Below, one piece after another: positions 1 through 8,355 of a stretch of 31,921 nucleotides of DNA. A model generated the notes under the pieces. It saw only the letters and a list, made by a program, of their open reading frames with translations, made no database searches and had not been told where the DNA came from. Every line of letters starts with the position of its first letter. The first letter of the stretch is position 1. The stretch covers positions 1 to 31,921 of the forward strand of contig CASQEL010000001.1 of NCBI GenBank assembly GCA_949427775.1, written 5' to 3'. This DNA comes from an uncultured Desulfovibrionaceae bacterium (lineage in GTDB: Bacteria > Desulfobacterota > Desulfovibrionia > Desulfovibrionales > Desulfovibrionaceae). The translations under genes and the position numbers were made by a program.

Positions 1-1141
1 TGACCTCTTCGCCCACGCAGAAGGCCAAACGGAAATAGCCGGGACACCCGAAGCCCGATCCGGGAACGGCCAGCACGCGTTCTTCCTGCAGGCGACCCAC
101 GAAAGCCACGTCATCTCCGCCGGGAGCCTTGGGGAAGAAATAGAACGCGCCCGCGGGTTTTTGGAATTCATATCCGGCGTTTTCCAGCACTTCGGCCATG
201 GCCTGGCGCCGTGCGGCGTAGACGCCCACGTCCACCTGGGAACCGAGCGCGGCGGCCATGAGATACTGCCCCACCACCGGCGGATTGACGAAGCCGAGAA
301 TCCGGTTGCACAGGGTCAGACCGGCCATCAATGCGGCGCGTTCCTCCATGCGCGGGGAGAGCGCCACATACCCCAGCCGTTCTCCGGGCAAGGAAAGATT
401 TTTGGAAAAGGAGCTTATGGCCACGGAATACGGGTACAGCGGCAGGACCGAGGGCACCTCCACGCCGTCGTAGGCCAGAAAACGGTACGGTTCGTCCGCC
501 GCCAGCCAGATGGGACGGCCGTATCGGCGCGACTGCCGTTCCAGCACATCGACAAGCGCCGTCAACTGCGCCTTGTCGTAGACTACGCCTGTGGGGTTGT
601 GTGGGGAATTGATCAGCAGCACCCGCGTTTTTTCCGTGATGGCGGCCTCCAGTGCCTCGGGATCCGGAGCGAAGGTTTCGGGCTGGGAAGGCACCGTGCG
701 GAACACGCCGCCGTGATTGGCGGTATAAAATCCGTACTCCACGAAGTACGGAGCAAAGGCCAGCACTTCCTCGCCGGGATCAAGCACGGTGCGGAAGAAG
801 GCGTTGAGTCCCCCGGCCGCGCCGCAGGTCAGAATGACGTCTTCGGCGTTCAGCGTCACCGCCTGTTCTTTGGACAGATGGGCGGCCAGCTGCCGGCGCG
901 CCCAGGGAAAACCGCCGTTGGCCATATAGCCGAACGCGAAGGGCTCTCCGGCTTTGTCGGCCAGGGCGCGCAGCCCTTGTTCCACGGCGGCCGGCGCGGG
1001 GAGATCGGGATTGCCCAGGCTGAAGTCGCAGACGGCGTCTTCGCCGTATTGCTGTTTGAGCACGGCGCCGGCTTCGAACATGCGCCTGATCCAGGAAGAA
1101 CATGTGAGATACCCTGCCACCTGCTGTGAAAGAATTGTCAT
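1..1141 (-). CDS. PLP-dependent aminotransferase class I/II (aspartate aminotransferase-like), 3' end outside window
   Basis: Manual translation of the minus strand from ATG 1141: MTILSQQVAGYLTCSSWIRRMFEAG..DFSLGNPD, with INSPHNPTG and the PLP-lysine motif SFSKNLSLPGERLGY. Missing from the ORF track because it has no stop inside the window. Confidence 0.92.
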   Translation of the reverse strand, partial: MTILSQQVAGYLTCSSWIRRMFEAGAVLKQQYGEDAVCDFSLGNPDLPAPAAVEQGLRALADKAGEPFAFGYMANGGFPWARRQLAAHLSKEQAVTLNAEDVILTCGAAGGLNAFFRTVLDPGEEVLAFAPYFVEYGFYTANHGGVFRTVPSQPETFAPDPEALEAAITEKTRVLLINSPHNPTGVVYDKAQLTALVDVLERQSRRYGRPIWLAADEPYRFLAYDGVEVPSVLPLYPYSVAISSFSKNLSLPGERLGYVALSPRMEERAALMAGLTLCNRILGFVNPPVVGQYLMAAALGSQVDVGVYAARRQAMAEVLENAGYEFQKPAGAFYFFPKAPGGDDVAFVGRLQEERVLAVPGSGFGCPGYFRLAFCVGEEV

Positions 1142-1233
1142 GTTGCCTGCTCCTGAGTATGGATTGCCTTTACGGCAAGGATGGTTTACGAGAATAAGTC
1201 TGGGTCGGTATTTGATGAAGTTGGAGGAAGCTG

Positions 1234-1629
1234 ATGCGCTTGTTACCCTTGTTTTTCATACTGCTTCTTTTGCCGGGCTGCGGTTCCCGGCAGGCGGGAG
1301 AATCCGATGGAATGGACGCCACCGTCGCTTTGAGAGCCGTGCACCGTTGCTCTCGTATTTCCCCTGAAATTGATGTTGTCAACTATCCGGCCGCCACGGA
1401 TCGCTTTGAAGTACGCCTTGAGGACAGATCCGATTCCCGCAAGTTTCACGGCGGCGGCAGTTGGAAGAACGACGGCACCGGCGTGATTCCGGAAGGCGCG
1501 CTGATGCAGCACTATATGGGGCCTTGCCCGCCCGCGGACGCCGAGCGCTCGTACCAATACGTGATTACGGCCGTGGATGCCGAGGGCAATCCGTTGATGG
1601 CCAGGCATATCATCTTCGTGCAGGACTAG
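1234..1629 (+). CDS. Small lipoprotein with YbhB/YbcL (PEBP)-like motif
   Basis: Hydrophobic signal ending in the lipobox-like LLPGC; YMGPCPP..RSYQYVITAVD resembles the PEBP GPCPP..HRY motif. Confidence 0.7.
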   Translation: MRLLPLFFILLLLPGCGSRQAGESDGMDATVALRAVHRCSRISPEIDVVNYPAATDRFEVRLEDRSDSRKFHGGGSWKNDGTGVIPEGALMQHYMGPCPPADAERSYQYVITAVDAEGNPLMARHIIFVQD

Positions 1630-1778
1630 TACAGCATAACACAAAATACTTCGTATTTTGCGTCAAGATCATTCGCCGAAAAACGTGGTTTTCAGCTTAT
1701 TCACGGCGACTATGCCGCCGCGCCATGCTCTCGCATGGCGGCTAGTACACAGAAACTTTAAATGTTTCTGTGTACTAG
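1626..1778. repeat. 153-bp CTAG-bounded multi-hairpin element (MITE/REP-like), copy 1
   Basis: 12 mismatches in 153 bp versus 21761-21913 by manual alignment. Ends in a perfect 15-bp inverted repeat CTAGTACACAGAAAC/GTTTCTGTGTACTAG (1742-1778). Confidence 0.9.
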
Positions 1779-1798
1779 CGCCGCACACTACGGCGTTT

Positions 1799-2077
1799 TC
1801 ATGAGGGCCAGCCCTGATGAAGCACTGCGCCGCCTTCCCGGAGCTGACGACGGATGCGTACCTTGCGCAGCTCTTTGCGCGTTTCCAGCATCAGCTTTCG
1901 TTGCCGAAGGGCATGGATTTCCTGCGCGCGGAACAGGCCCGCCGCCGGATCTTCCGCGGCCATCAACTGCCGCAGAGACACGTCGAGTTCGTCCAGGGCG
2001 GCGTCAATCGTCGTTATCTCCGCTTCCAGTTCCGGGATGGCTTCCGGCAATGATGCGTCGTCTGACAGGTTTTTCAT
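1799..2077 (-). CDS. Hypothetical coiled-coil protein (92 aa)
   Basis: GGAG RBS 7 nt upstream of ATG; heptad-like ELEAEITTIDAALDELDVSL; overlaps the end of the upstream gene by 74 nt. Confidence 0.65.
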   Translation of the reverse strand: MKNLSDDASLPEAIPELEAEITTIDAALDELDVSLRQLMAAEDPAAGLFRAQEIHALRQRKLMLETRKELRKVRIRRQLREGGAVLHQGWPS

Positions 2078-3821
2078 GGACAGGCTCCGTGATGTTCCGT
2101 TTGAGATCAGGGCAGGGCAGGGCGTTGTACAGCGCCCAGAATCCGGGATAGAGCGTGGTCATGACGCCGGGATTGGCCAGTTTGAGGCCGGGGCGGGCAT
2201 AGGCGGTCAGCGCCAGAGCCATGGCCCAGGCCGGGGACGGAGCCGTCCACGCGTTCTGAAGCCCCCGGGCATGTTCCGGCTGTTCGCCGTCCGCGGAGAG
2301 GCATAAGCGTCCCGTGTCGTCAACCTCCAACCCTACATGGCGCAGAAAGCTTTCCACTTCGACAGGATCTGCCGCCGAAGGCAGCAACGGCATGCGGCCT
2401 TCGCGTTGCCGCAGGGCGGGCAGGGCGGCGCAGGCCAACGCCAGCGGCGCGAAGCGTTCCGGCAGCGCCGAGGCATCCAGCGGGATCGCGGCGGATTGTC
2501 CCGCCCGCGCGGCGCGGATTTCCCCGTCCGCGCATTCCGTGCGCACGCCTGCCTGTTCCAGCAGCGTCAACAGTTGTCGCGCCGCGGCGCAGGCGGGCCA
2601 ACGCCCGGCCAGCCGCACTTCGCCGCCGGCCGCTCCCGGCAGGGCCAGCAGCGTGGCGGCCAGAGTCAGCTCCATGTCCAATGCGGGTTCCGCGGGCACG
2701 CGCAACGTGCCCGGCGTGACGCGGATCAGGGCGTCATCAACGGAAATGTTCGCGCCGCAGTCCCGCAGCACGGCCACGGCCTCCGCCAGAATATCCTGAA
2801 ATCCCGGATGCGTCGACAGGTTGAACGTCACGGGACGCTCCCAGAAGGGCGCGCCCAGCAGCAGTCCCGTAACGGCGTCGACGGACAGATCGGCGGGCAC
2901 CTCCACCCTGTCGGGCAGGATGCCGGAGCATTCCAGCCGCACGGGCAGGCCGTCGGATTTGGGGACCACATTGGTCAGGCGGGCTCCCAGGCGGGGCAGA
3001 AAGCGGCGCAACGCGGAGAAATCCGCCAGTTTGAGGGTGGAGTCCCCGGTGAATTTGGCGCGCGAGGGACGTCCCGCATACTGTCCCAGCAGCAGATGGA
3101 AATTGAGAGCGTCGTCGCCCACAAAGATGACTTTGTCGGCCAGGGTCAGGCCGCCGCCCTCGCGGGCGCGCAATGCGCCGTTCTCGTCCCAGGCCACGGA
3201 CGTGCCGCACTGGTTGAGCATTTTGACGCATTCCACAGCCGGGTCGTTGAGCAGACTCGGGGAAATGCGGCAGGCGCAACCGGCCACGGCGGCCAGCATC
3301 AGATACAGGCGGCTGCGGCGGCAGGCCGGTGGCGCGGTCATGCGCAGATCCGCAGGCTTCCGTACCGGGGCCAGGTTGAAGGCCGGGCGGCGCTCCTCGC
3401 CTTCCACAGGACGGGGCAGAAATTCCACCTCCTGCAGCAGGGCGAACATCTGGCGGGTCAGTCGGGCATCGCGGCTCATGCGGCCCGCGGCTTTTTCCCA
3501 GGCGGCGCGGAGTATTTTCTCGTCCCCGGCGTCCATCCGCTCCCGGCGGCCGCGCAGACGCTCCAAAAGATTGGACCGCCGCGCCAGAAGTTTGAGAATG
3601 TCCCTGTCCAGATCCATGACGGCATCCAGAAGAGATGTGCCGCGGGAACGCCTGTCGTCGTCGCGACGGGGTCGCCGATCGCCGTCTCTCCGGAACGACC
3701 TCGGAGCGTCGTCGTGCGGGGAGCGGGCGTCGCCGGACGGAGGGAAGGAGCGTTCGCGGTCATGCCGCGGCTGTTCCCCGCTGTCGGGGCGCGGAGTTCG
3801 GGTGTCGTTGTCGTTGCTCAT
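2004..3821 (-). CDS. Chorismate-mutase-like (AroQ) helical domain fused to a degenerate EPSP synthase (AroA)-like domain
   Basis: LDRDILKLLARRSNLL resembles AroQ helix 1. SLLNDPAVECVKMLNQCG, LPVRLECSG and PGLKLANPGVMTTLYPGFW follow the EPSPS scaffold, but catalytic motifs are missing. Confidence 0.72.
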   Translation of the reverse strand: MSNDNDTRTPRPDSGEQPRHDRERSFPPSGDARSPHDDAPRSFRRDGDRRPRRDDDRRSRGTSLLDAVMDLDRDILKLLARRSNLLERLRGRRERMDAGDEKILRAAWEKAAGRMSRDARLTRQMFALLQEVEFLPRPVEGEERRPAFNLAPVRKPADLRMTAPPACRRSRLYLMLAAVAGCACRISPSLLNDPAVECVKMLNQCGTSVAWDENGALRAREGGGLTLADKVIFVGDDALNFHLLLGQYAGRPSRAKFTGDSTLKLADFSALRRFLPRLGARLTNVVPKSDGLPVRLECSGILPDRVEVPADLSVDAVTGLLLGAPFWERPVTFNLSTHPGFQDILAEAVAVLRDCGANISVDDALIRVTPGTLRVPAEPALDMELTLAATLLALPGAAGGEVRLAGRWPACAAARQLLTLLEQAGVRTECADGEIRAARAGQSAAIPLDASALPERFAPLALACAALPALRQREGRMPLLPSAADPVEVESFLRHVGLEVDDTGRLCLSADGEQPEHARGLQNAWTAPSPAWAMALALTAYARPGLKLANPGVMTTLYPGFWALYNALPCPDLKRNITEPVHEKPVRRRIIAGSHPGTGSGDNDD

Positions 3822-4246
3822 GTAAAGATTCCTCTGCGATCCGCGAACTTTCCCCGGAGGAGCGGGGAAGGCCGGAAGCGCGGTGAAGCCGGTAGGGGGG
3901 CGAACCGACGTTCCGCGAAGGAAACACTGTCCGCCCGAACCTCCTGCCGAGGCCTGCGAGGCGGCGTCAGGGGAAACCGGCTGTATGACTTGTCATTAAG
4001 GGCCGGAAACACGTATTGCGGGGTTGGTAGCCTGAAAACGGCGGCGAGGCAAGGGGCGGAAGAGGTGCTTTCGGGACGATTCCCGCGGAGATCCCGTCAC
4101 TGGGCGGGCGCTGCAATGAAGGCTTGCCGCCGTGCGTCCGGAGGCGACGGGGATATAAGGAAAAAGAGGAAAATGACACATGGGGCTGGACGCAACCGGA
4201 CAAATGCGGTATGAACGGACATGCGCCATCTCAGTTTCCGCACGTC

Positions 4247-4299
4247 TTGTGAAATTTTGCATGAGAGGCTTGACGAAAAGGTATCCTGCTTGTTATTTT
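4247..4299 (+). promoter_or_regulatory. Putative aprBA sigma70 promoter with adjacent Rex-like operator
   Basis: TTGACG (4270-4275), 18 nt, then TGn-TATTTT (4294-4299). TTGTGAAATTTTGCATGA (4247-4264) matches the Rex consensus TTGTGAA-N4-TTCACAA at 7/7 and 4/7. Confidence 0.55.
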
Positions 4300-4443
4300 C
4301 CGCGCAAGCGCGGGGGTACGCGCGGCGCCGGGGGCGGAGGCGATAAAAGGCGGGGGTACTGCCTGCCTTTTTAGGCTCCGCCGGCGGGTGTTTCTGCCGG
4401 ATGTATAAAGCCCGTTCAACACTTTAAGAGTTGGAGGATACGT

Positions 4444-4932
4444 ATGCCGACGTTTGTCGATCCGTCCAAATGCGACGGCTGCAAGGGTGGCGAAAAGACT
4501 GCCTGCATGTACATTTGCCCCAACGACCTCATGATCCTCGACCCTGAGGAAATGAAGGCCTACAACCAGGAACCTGATGCATGCTGGGAATGCTACTCCT
4601 GCGTGAAAATCTGCCCGCAGGGCGCTATCACGGCCCGTCCGTACGCCGACTTCGCGCCCATGGGCGGTACCTGCATCCCCATGCGTTCGGCCGACTCCAT
4701 CATGTGGACGGTCAAATTCCGCAACGGCAGCGTGAAACGCTTCAAATTCCCCATCCGCACCACGGCTGAAGGTTCCATCAAGCCCTATGACGGCCGTCCC
4801 GAAGGCGCCAACCTGGACGACGAACTTCTGTTCACCGAAGAAAAGCTGGCCACTCCTCAGGAAGTGCTGAACAAGAAGTTCGAAGTTACTGATGCCGGCA
4901 AGACCGTTACGGAAATGGAACAGGGCCGCTAG
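4444..4932 (+). CDS. aprB: Adenylylsulfate (APS) reductase beta subunit
   Basis: MPTFVDPSKCDGCKGGEKTACMYICP and CWECYSCVKICP, two [4Fe-4S] motifs; GGAGG RBS. Confidence 0.99.
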   Translation: MPTFVDPSKCDGCKGGEKTACMYICPNDLMILDPEEMKAYNQEPDACWECYSCVKICPQGAITARPYADFAPMGGTCIPMRSADSIMWTVKFRNGSVKRFKFPIRTTAEGSIKPYDGRPEGANLDDELLFTEEKLATPQEVLNKKFEVTDAGKTVTEMEQGR

Positions 4933-4975
4933 GCTCATTGCATGACAGCTCAAGTGCGAGCAAGGAGATAAGACT

Positions 4976-6964
4976 ATGCCGATGATTCCTTCCAAGGAAG
5001 TGAACAAGGGTGTCGCCATCGCCGAACCGGTGGTGAAAGAGCACGACGTTGACCTGCTGATCGTTGGCGGCGGGATGGGTGCTTGCGGCACCGCCTATGA
5101 AGCGGTGCGCTGGGGCGAAAAACACAATCTGAAAATCATGCTGTGCGACAAGGCCGCCCTTGAACGTTCCGGCGCCGTGGCGCAGGGTCTGTCCGCCATC
5201 AATACCTATCTCGGCAAAAACAACGCCGACGACTATGTGCGCATGGTCCGTACCGACCTGATGGGTCTGGTTCGCGAAGACCTGATCTTCGACGTGGGCC
5301 GGCATGTGGACGACTCCGTGCATCTGTTCGAAGATTGGGGCCTGCCCTGCTGGATCAAGGACGAAAACGGCCACAATCTGAACGGCGCCGCCGCCAAGGC
5401 CGCCGGCAAATCCCTGCGCAAGGGCGACGAGCCTGTGCGTTCCGGCCGCTGGCAGATCATGATCAACGGCGAATCCTACAAATGCATCGTGGCTGAAGCG
5501 GCCAAGAACGCCCTGGGCGAAGACCGCATCATGGAGCGCATCTTCATCGTGAAGCTGCTGCTTGACGCCAATACCCCCAACCGCATCGCCGGCGCCGTGG
5601 GCTTCAACCTGCGCGCCAACGAAGTGCACATCTTCAAAGCCAACGCCATCATGGTGGCCGCCGGCGGCGCGGTGAACGTGTACCGCCCCCGTTCCACCGG
5701 TGAAGGCATGGGCCGCGCCTGGTATCCCGTGTGGAACGCCGGTTCGACCTACACGATGTGCGCTCAGGTCGGCGCCGAAATGACCATGATGGAAAACCGT
5801 TTCGTGCCCGCCCGCTTCAAGGACGGTTACGGTCCGGTCGGCGCGTGGTTCCTGCTGTTCAAGGCCAAAGCCACCAACTCCAAGGGTGAAGATTACTGCG
5901 CCACCAACGCCGCCATGCTCAAACCCTATGAAGAGCGCGGCTACGCCAAGGGCAAAGTCATTCCCACCTGCCTGCGCAACCACATGATGCTTCGCGAAAT
6001 GCGCGAAGGTCGCGGTCCCATCTACATGGACACCAAGACCGCTCTGCAGAACACCTTCGCCACGTTGAACGAAGAACAGCAGAAAGACCTTGAGTCCGAA
6101 GCCTGGGAAGACTTCCTCGACATGTGCGTCGGTCAGGCCAACCTGTGGGCGGCCTCCAACATCCAGCCCGAAGAACGCGGCTCGGAAATCATGCCCACCG
6201 AACCTTACCTGCTCGGTTCCCACTCCGGCTGCTGCGGCATCTGGGTGTCCGGTCCCGACGAAGCGTGGGTGCCTGACGACTACAAAATCAAGGCTTCCAA
6301 CGGCAAGGTGTACAACCGCATGACCACGGTTGAAGGCCTGTTCACCTGCGCCGACGGCGTGGGCGCTTCCGGCCACAAGTTCTCCTCCGGTTCCCATGCT
6401 GAAGGCCGCATCGCCGGCAAGCAGATGGTGCGCTGGTGCGTGGACCACAAGGACTTCAAACCTTCCTTCAAGGAAAGCGCCGACGAGCTGGCCAAGCTGA
6501 TCTATCGTCCGTACTACAACTTCCTGGAAGGCAAGGCCGCTTCCACCGACCCGGTGGTCAACCCCAACTACATCACGCCGAAAAACTTCATGATGCGTCT
6601 TGTGAAGTGCACCGACGAATACGGCGGCGGCGTGTCCAACTACTACACCACCTCCAAGGCCCTGCTGGACACCGGCTTCCATCTGCTGGGCATGATGGAA
6701 GAAGACTCCTACAAGCTGGCCGCCCGCGACCTGCACGAACTGCTGCGCTGCTGGGAAAACTACCATCGCCTGTGGACCGTGCGCCTGCACATGCAGCACA
6801 TCGCCTTCCGCGAAGAATCCCGCTACCCCGGCTTCTACTACAGGGCCGACTTCCTGGGCATCGACGATTCCAAGTGGAAGTGCTTCGTGAACTCGAAGTA
6901 TGATCCCGCCACCGGCGAGACCAAGATCTTCAAGAAGCCTTACTATCAGATCATCCCCGACTAG
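4976..6964 (+). CDS. aprA: Adenylylsulfate (APS) reductase alpha subunit (FAD)
   Basis: GGGMGACG FAD motif, ERSGAVAQGLSAINTY, EPYLLGSHSGCCG, HKFSSGSHAEGR, REESRYPGFYYRADF. Confidence 0.99.
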   Translation: MPMIPSKEVNKGVAIAEPVVKEHDVDLLIVGGGMGACGTAYEAVRWGEKHNLKIMLCDKAALERSGAVAQGLSAINTYLGKNNADDYVRMVRTDLMGLVREDLIFDVGRHVDDSVHLFEDWGLPCWIKDENGHNLNGAAAKAAGKSLRKGDEPVRSGRWQIMINGESYKCIVAEAAKNALGEDRIMERIFIVKLLLDANTPNRIAGAVGFNLRANEVHIFKANAIMVAAGGAVNVYRPRSTGEGMGRAWYPVWNAGSTYTMCAQVGAEMTMMENRFVPARFKDGYGPVGAWFLLFKAKATNSKGEDYCATNAAMLKPYEERGYAKGKVIPTCLRNHMMLREMREGRGPIYMDTKTALQNTFATLNEEQQKDLESEAWEDFLDMCVGQANLWAASNIQPEERGSEIMPTEPYLLGSHSGCCGIWVSGPDEAWVPDDYKIKASNGKVYNRMTTVEGLFTCADGVGASGHKFSSGSHAEGRIAGKQMVRWCVDHKDFKPSFKESADELAKLIYRPYYNFLEGKAASTDPVVNPNYITPKNFMMRLVKCTDEYGGGVSNYYTTSKALLDTGFHLLGMMEEDSYKLAARDLHELLRCWENYHRLWTVRLHMQHIAFREESRYPGFYYRADFLGIDDSKWKCFVNSKYDPATGETKIFKKPYYQIIPD

Positions 6965-6984
6965 TCGTCGGCCGGAAAAAGTCT

Positions 6985-7017
6985 GGGGCGACCGCCCGTC
7001 GCGGTCGCCCCTTTTTT
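6985..7017 (+). terminator. Intrinsic terminator after aprA
   Basis: GGGGCGACCGC/GCGGTCGCCCC 11-bp perfect stem followed by T6. Confidence 0.85.
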
Positions 7018-7111
7018 CTTCCACACTGATTCGGACGCTGGAGGTCCTGCGCGAAGCGGCGTCCAGCCTCCAAATCAGTGTGGGAGCACTAACGCAGGGA
7101 GGATATCCAGG

Positions 7112-8350
7112 ATGTCCAACTCCATACTCGTCGTGGGCGGCGGCTTCTCAGGTCTTACTGCCGCCATTGAAGCGGCGGAACTGGGCTATGACGTCTATAT
7201 TGTCGAGAAAACGCCTTTTCTGGGCGGTCGCGTAGCTCAACTCAACAAATATTTCCCCAAACTTTGTCCCCCCTCCTGCGGTCTGGAAATCCAGTTCCAG
7301 CGCATCAGGAAAAACCCTCGCATCAAATTCTTCACTCAGGCCGAAGTGGTGGGTCTTACGGGCCAGAAGGGTGATTACACCGTCAAGGTGCGCATCAGCC
7401 CCCGCTATACCGCGCCGCAGAATGTGGATTTCGGTTTGCTGGCTTCCACGCTGGAAGGAGAGGTCTGCAGCGAATTTGAATTCGGGCTGGGCAAGCGCAA
7501 GGCCTTGTACCGTTCCATGCCTTTCGCTTTCCCCGGACGGTATGTGCTGGACCCGGCGGCGCTGTCCAAAACCGACGCGGTCAGGCTTGCGGGCAACCAG
7601 TTCATCAATCTCAACGAGCAGCCCCGGACTATAGAGCTGGGCGTCGGGGCCATTGTCGTGGCCACAGGCTGGAAGCCCTACGACGTGACCAATCTCACCA
7701 ATCTGGGCGCGGGTTCCGTGAAAAACTGCATCACCAACATGCAGATGGAGCGCCTGGCTTCGCCTTGTGGCCCCACGGGCGGCCACATCGTCCGTCCCGC
7801 CGACGGCCGCGCTCCCAAACGGGTGGCCTTTGTGCAGTGCGCCGGATCGCGGGATCAGAATCACCTGAATTTCTGCTCGTACATCTGCTGCATGGCCTCC
7901 CTCAAACAGTCGCTGTATGTGGCCGAGCAGTATCCTGATGCGGAAATCACCATCTTCTACATTGATCTGCGTACTCCCGGTCGGTACATGAACGTGTTGG
8001 AAAAGGTGAAAGCCTCCCCCAATGTTCGGTTCATCAAGGGCAAAGTGGCCGACGTGCAGGACGATCCGGCCACGGGCAATCCTGTGCTGACCGTGGAAGA
8101 CGCCGTGCGCGGCGAAAAACTCACCCTGGCCTACGACCTGGTCGTGCTGGCTACAGGCATGCAGCCCACACTGTCCGGCGAAACGCTGCCCCTTCCCGTG
8201 TCCGTGGATGAAGACGGCTTCATCTGCGGCGGCGAGGAGGCGGGCATCTTTGCCGCCGGGTGTGCCCGTATGCCCCTGGATGTGATGCGCTCCGCGCAGT
8301 CGGGAACAGCGGCTGCGTTGAAAGCTGTGCAAACGGTGAAAGGGAGGTAG
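7112..8350 (+). CDS. qmoA: QmoA (HdrA-like flavoprotein)
   Basis: VVGGGFSGLTAA, KYFPKLCPPSCGLE, FVQCAGSRD..CSYICCMASLKQ; directly downstream of aprBA. Confidence 0.96.
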   Translation: MSNSILVVGGGFSGLTAAIEAAELGYDVYIVEKTPFLGGRVAQLNKYFPKLCPPSCGLEIQFQRIRKNPRIKFFTQAEVVGLTGQKGDYTVKVRISPRYTAPQNVDFGLLASTLEGEVCSEFEFGLGKRKALYRSMPFAFPGRYVLDPAALSKTDAVRLAGNQFINLNEQPRTIELGVGAIVVATGWKPYDVTNLTNLGAGSVKNCITNMQMERLASPCGPTGGHIVRPADGRAPKRVAFVQCAGSRDQNHLNFCSYICCMASLKQSLYVAEQYPDAEITIFYIDLRTPGRYMNVLEKVKASPNVRFIKGKVADVQDDPATGNPVLTVEDAVRGEKLTLAYDLVVLATGMQPTLSGETLPLPVSVDEDGFICGGEEAGIFAAGCARMPLDVMRSAQSGTAAALKAVQTVKGR

Positions 8351-8355
8351 GCGGC

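Noticed and set aside
1762-2151. Small ORFs arising from or crossing the 153-bp element (also 1461-1745, 21464-21880, 21897-22187)
   Set aside because: By-products of the repeat sequence and antisense frames; no RBS or protein-like features.
4907-7024. Long opposite-strand ORFs (also 161-1129, 2337-4214, 9016-10644, 15195-16655, 24786-27284, 27300-28460)
   Set aside because: Shadow ORFs antisense to well-supported genes in GC-rich DNA; no motifs or RBS support.
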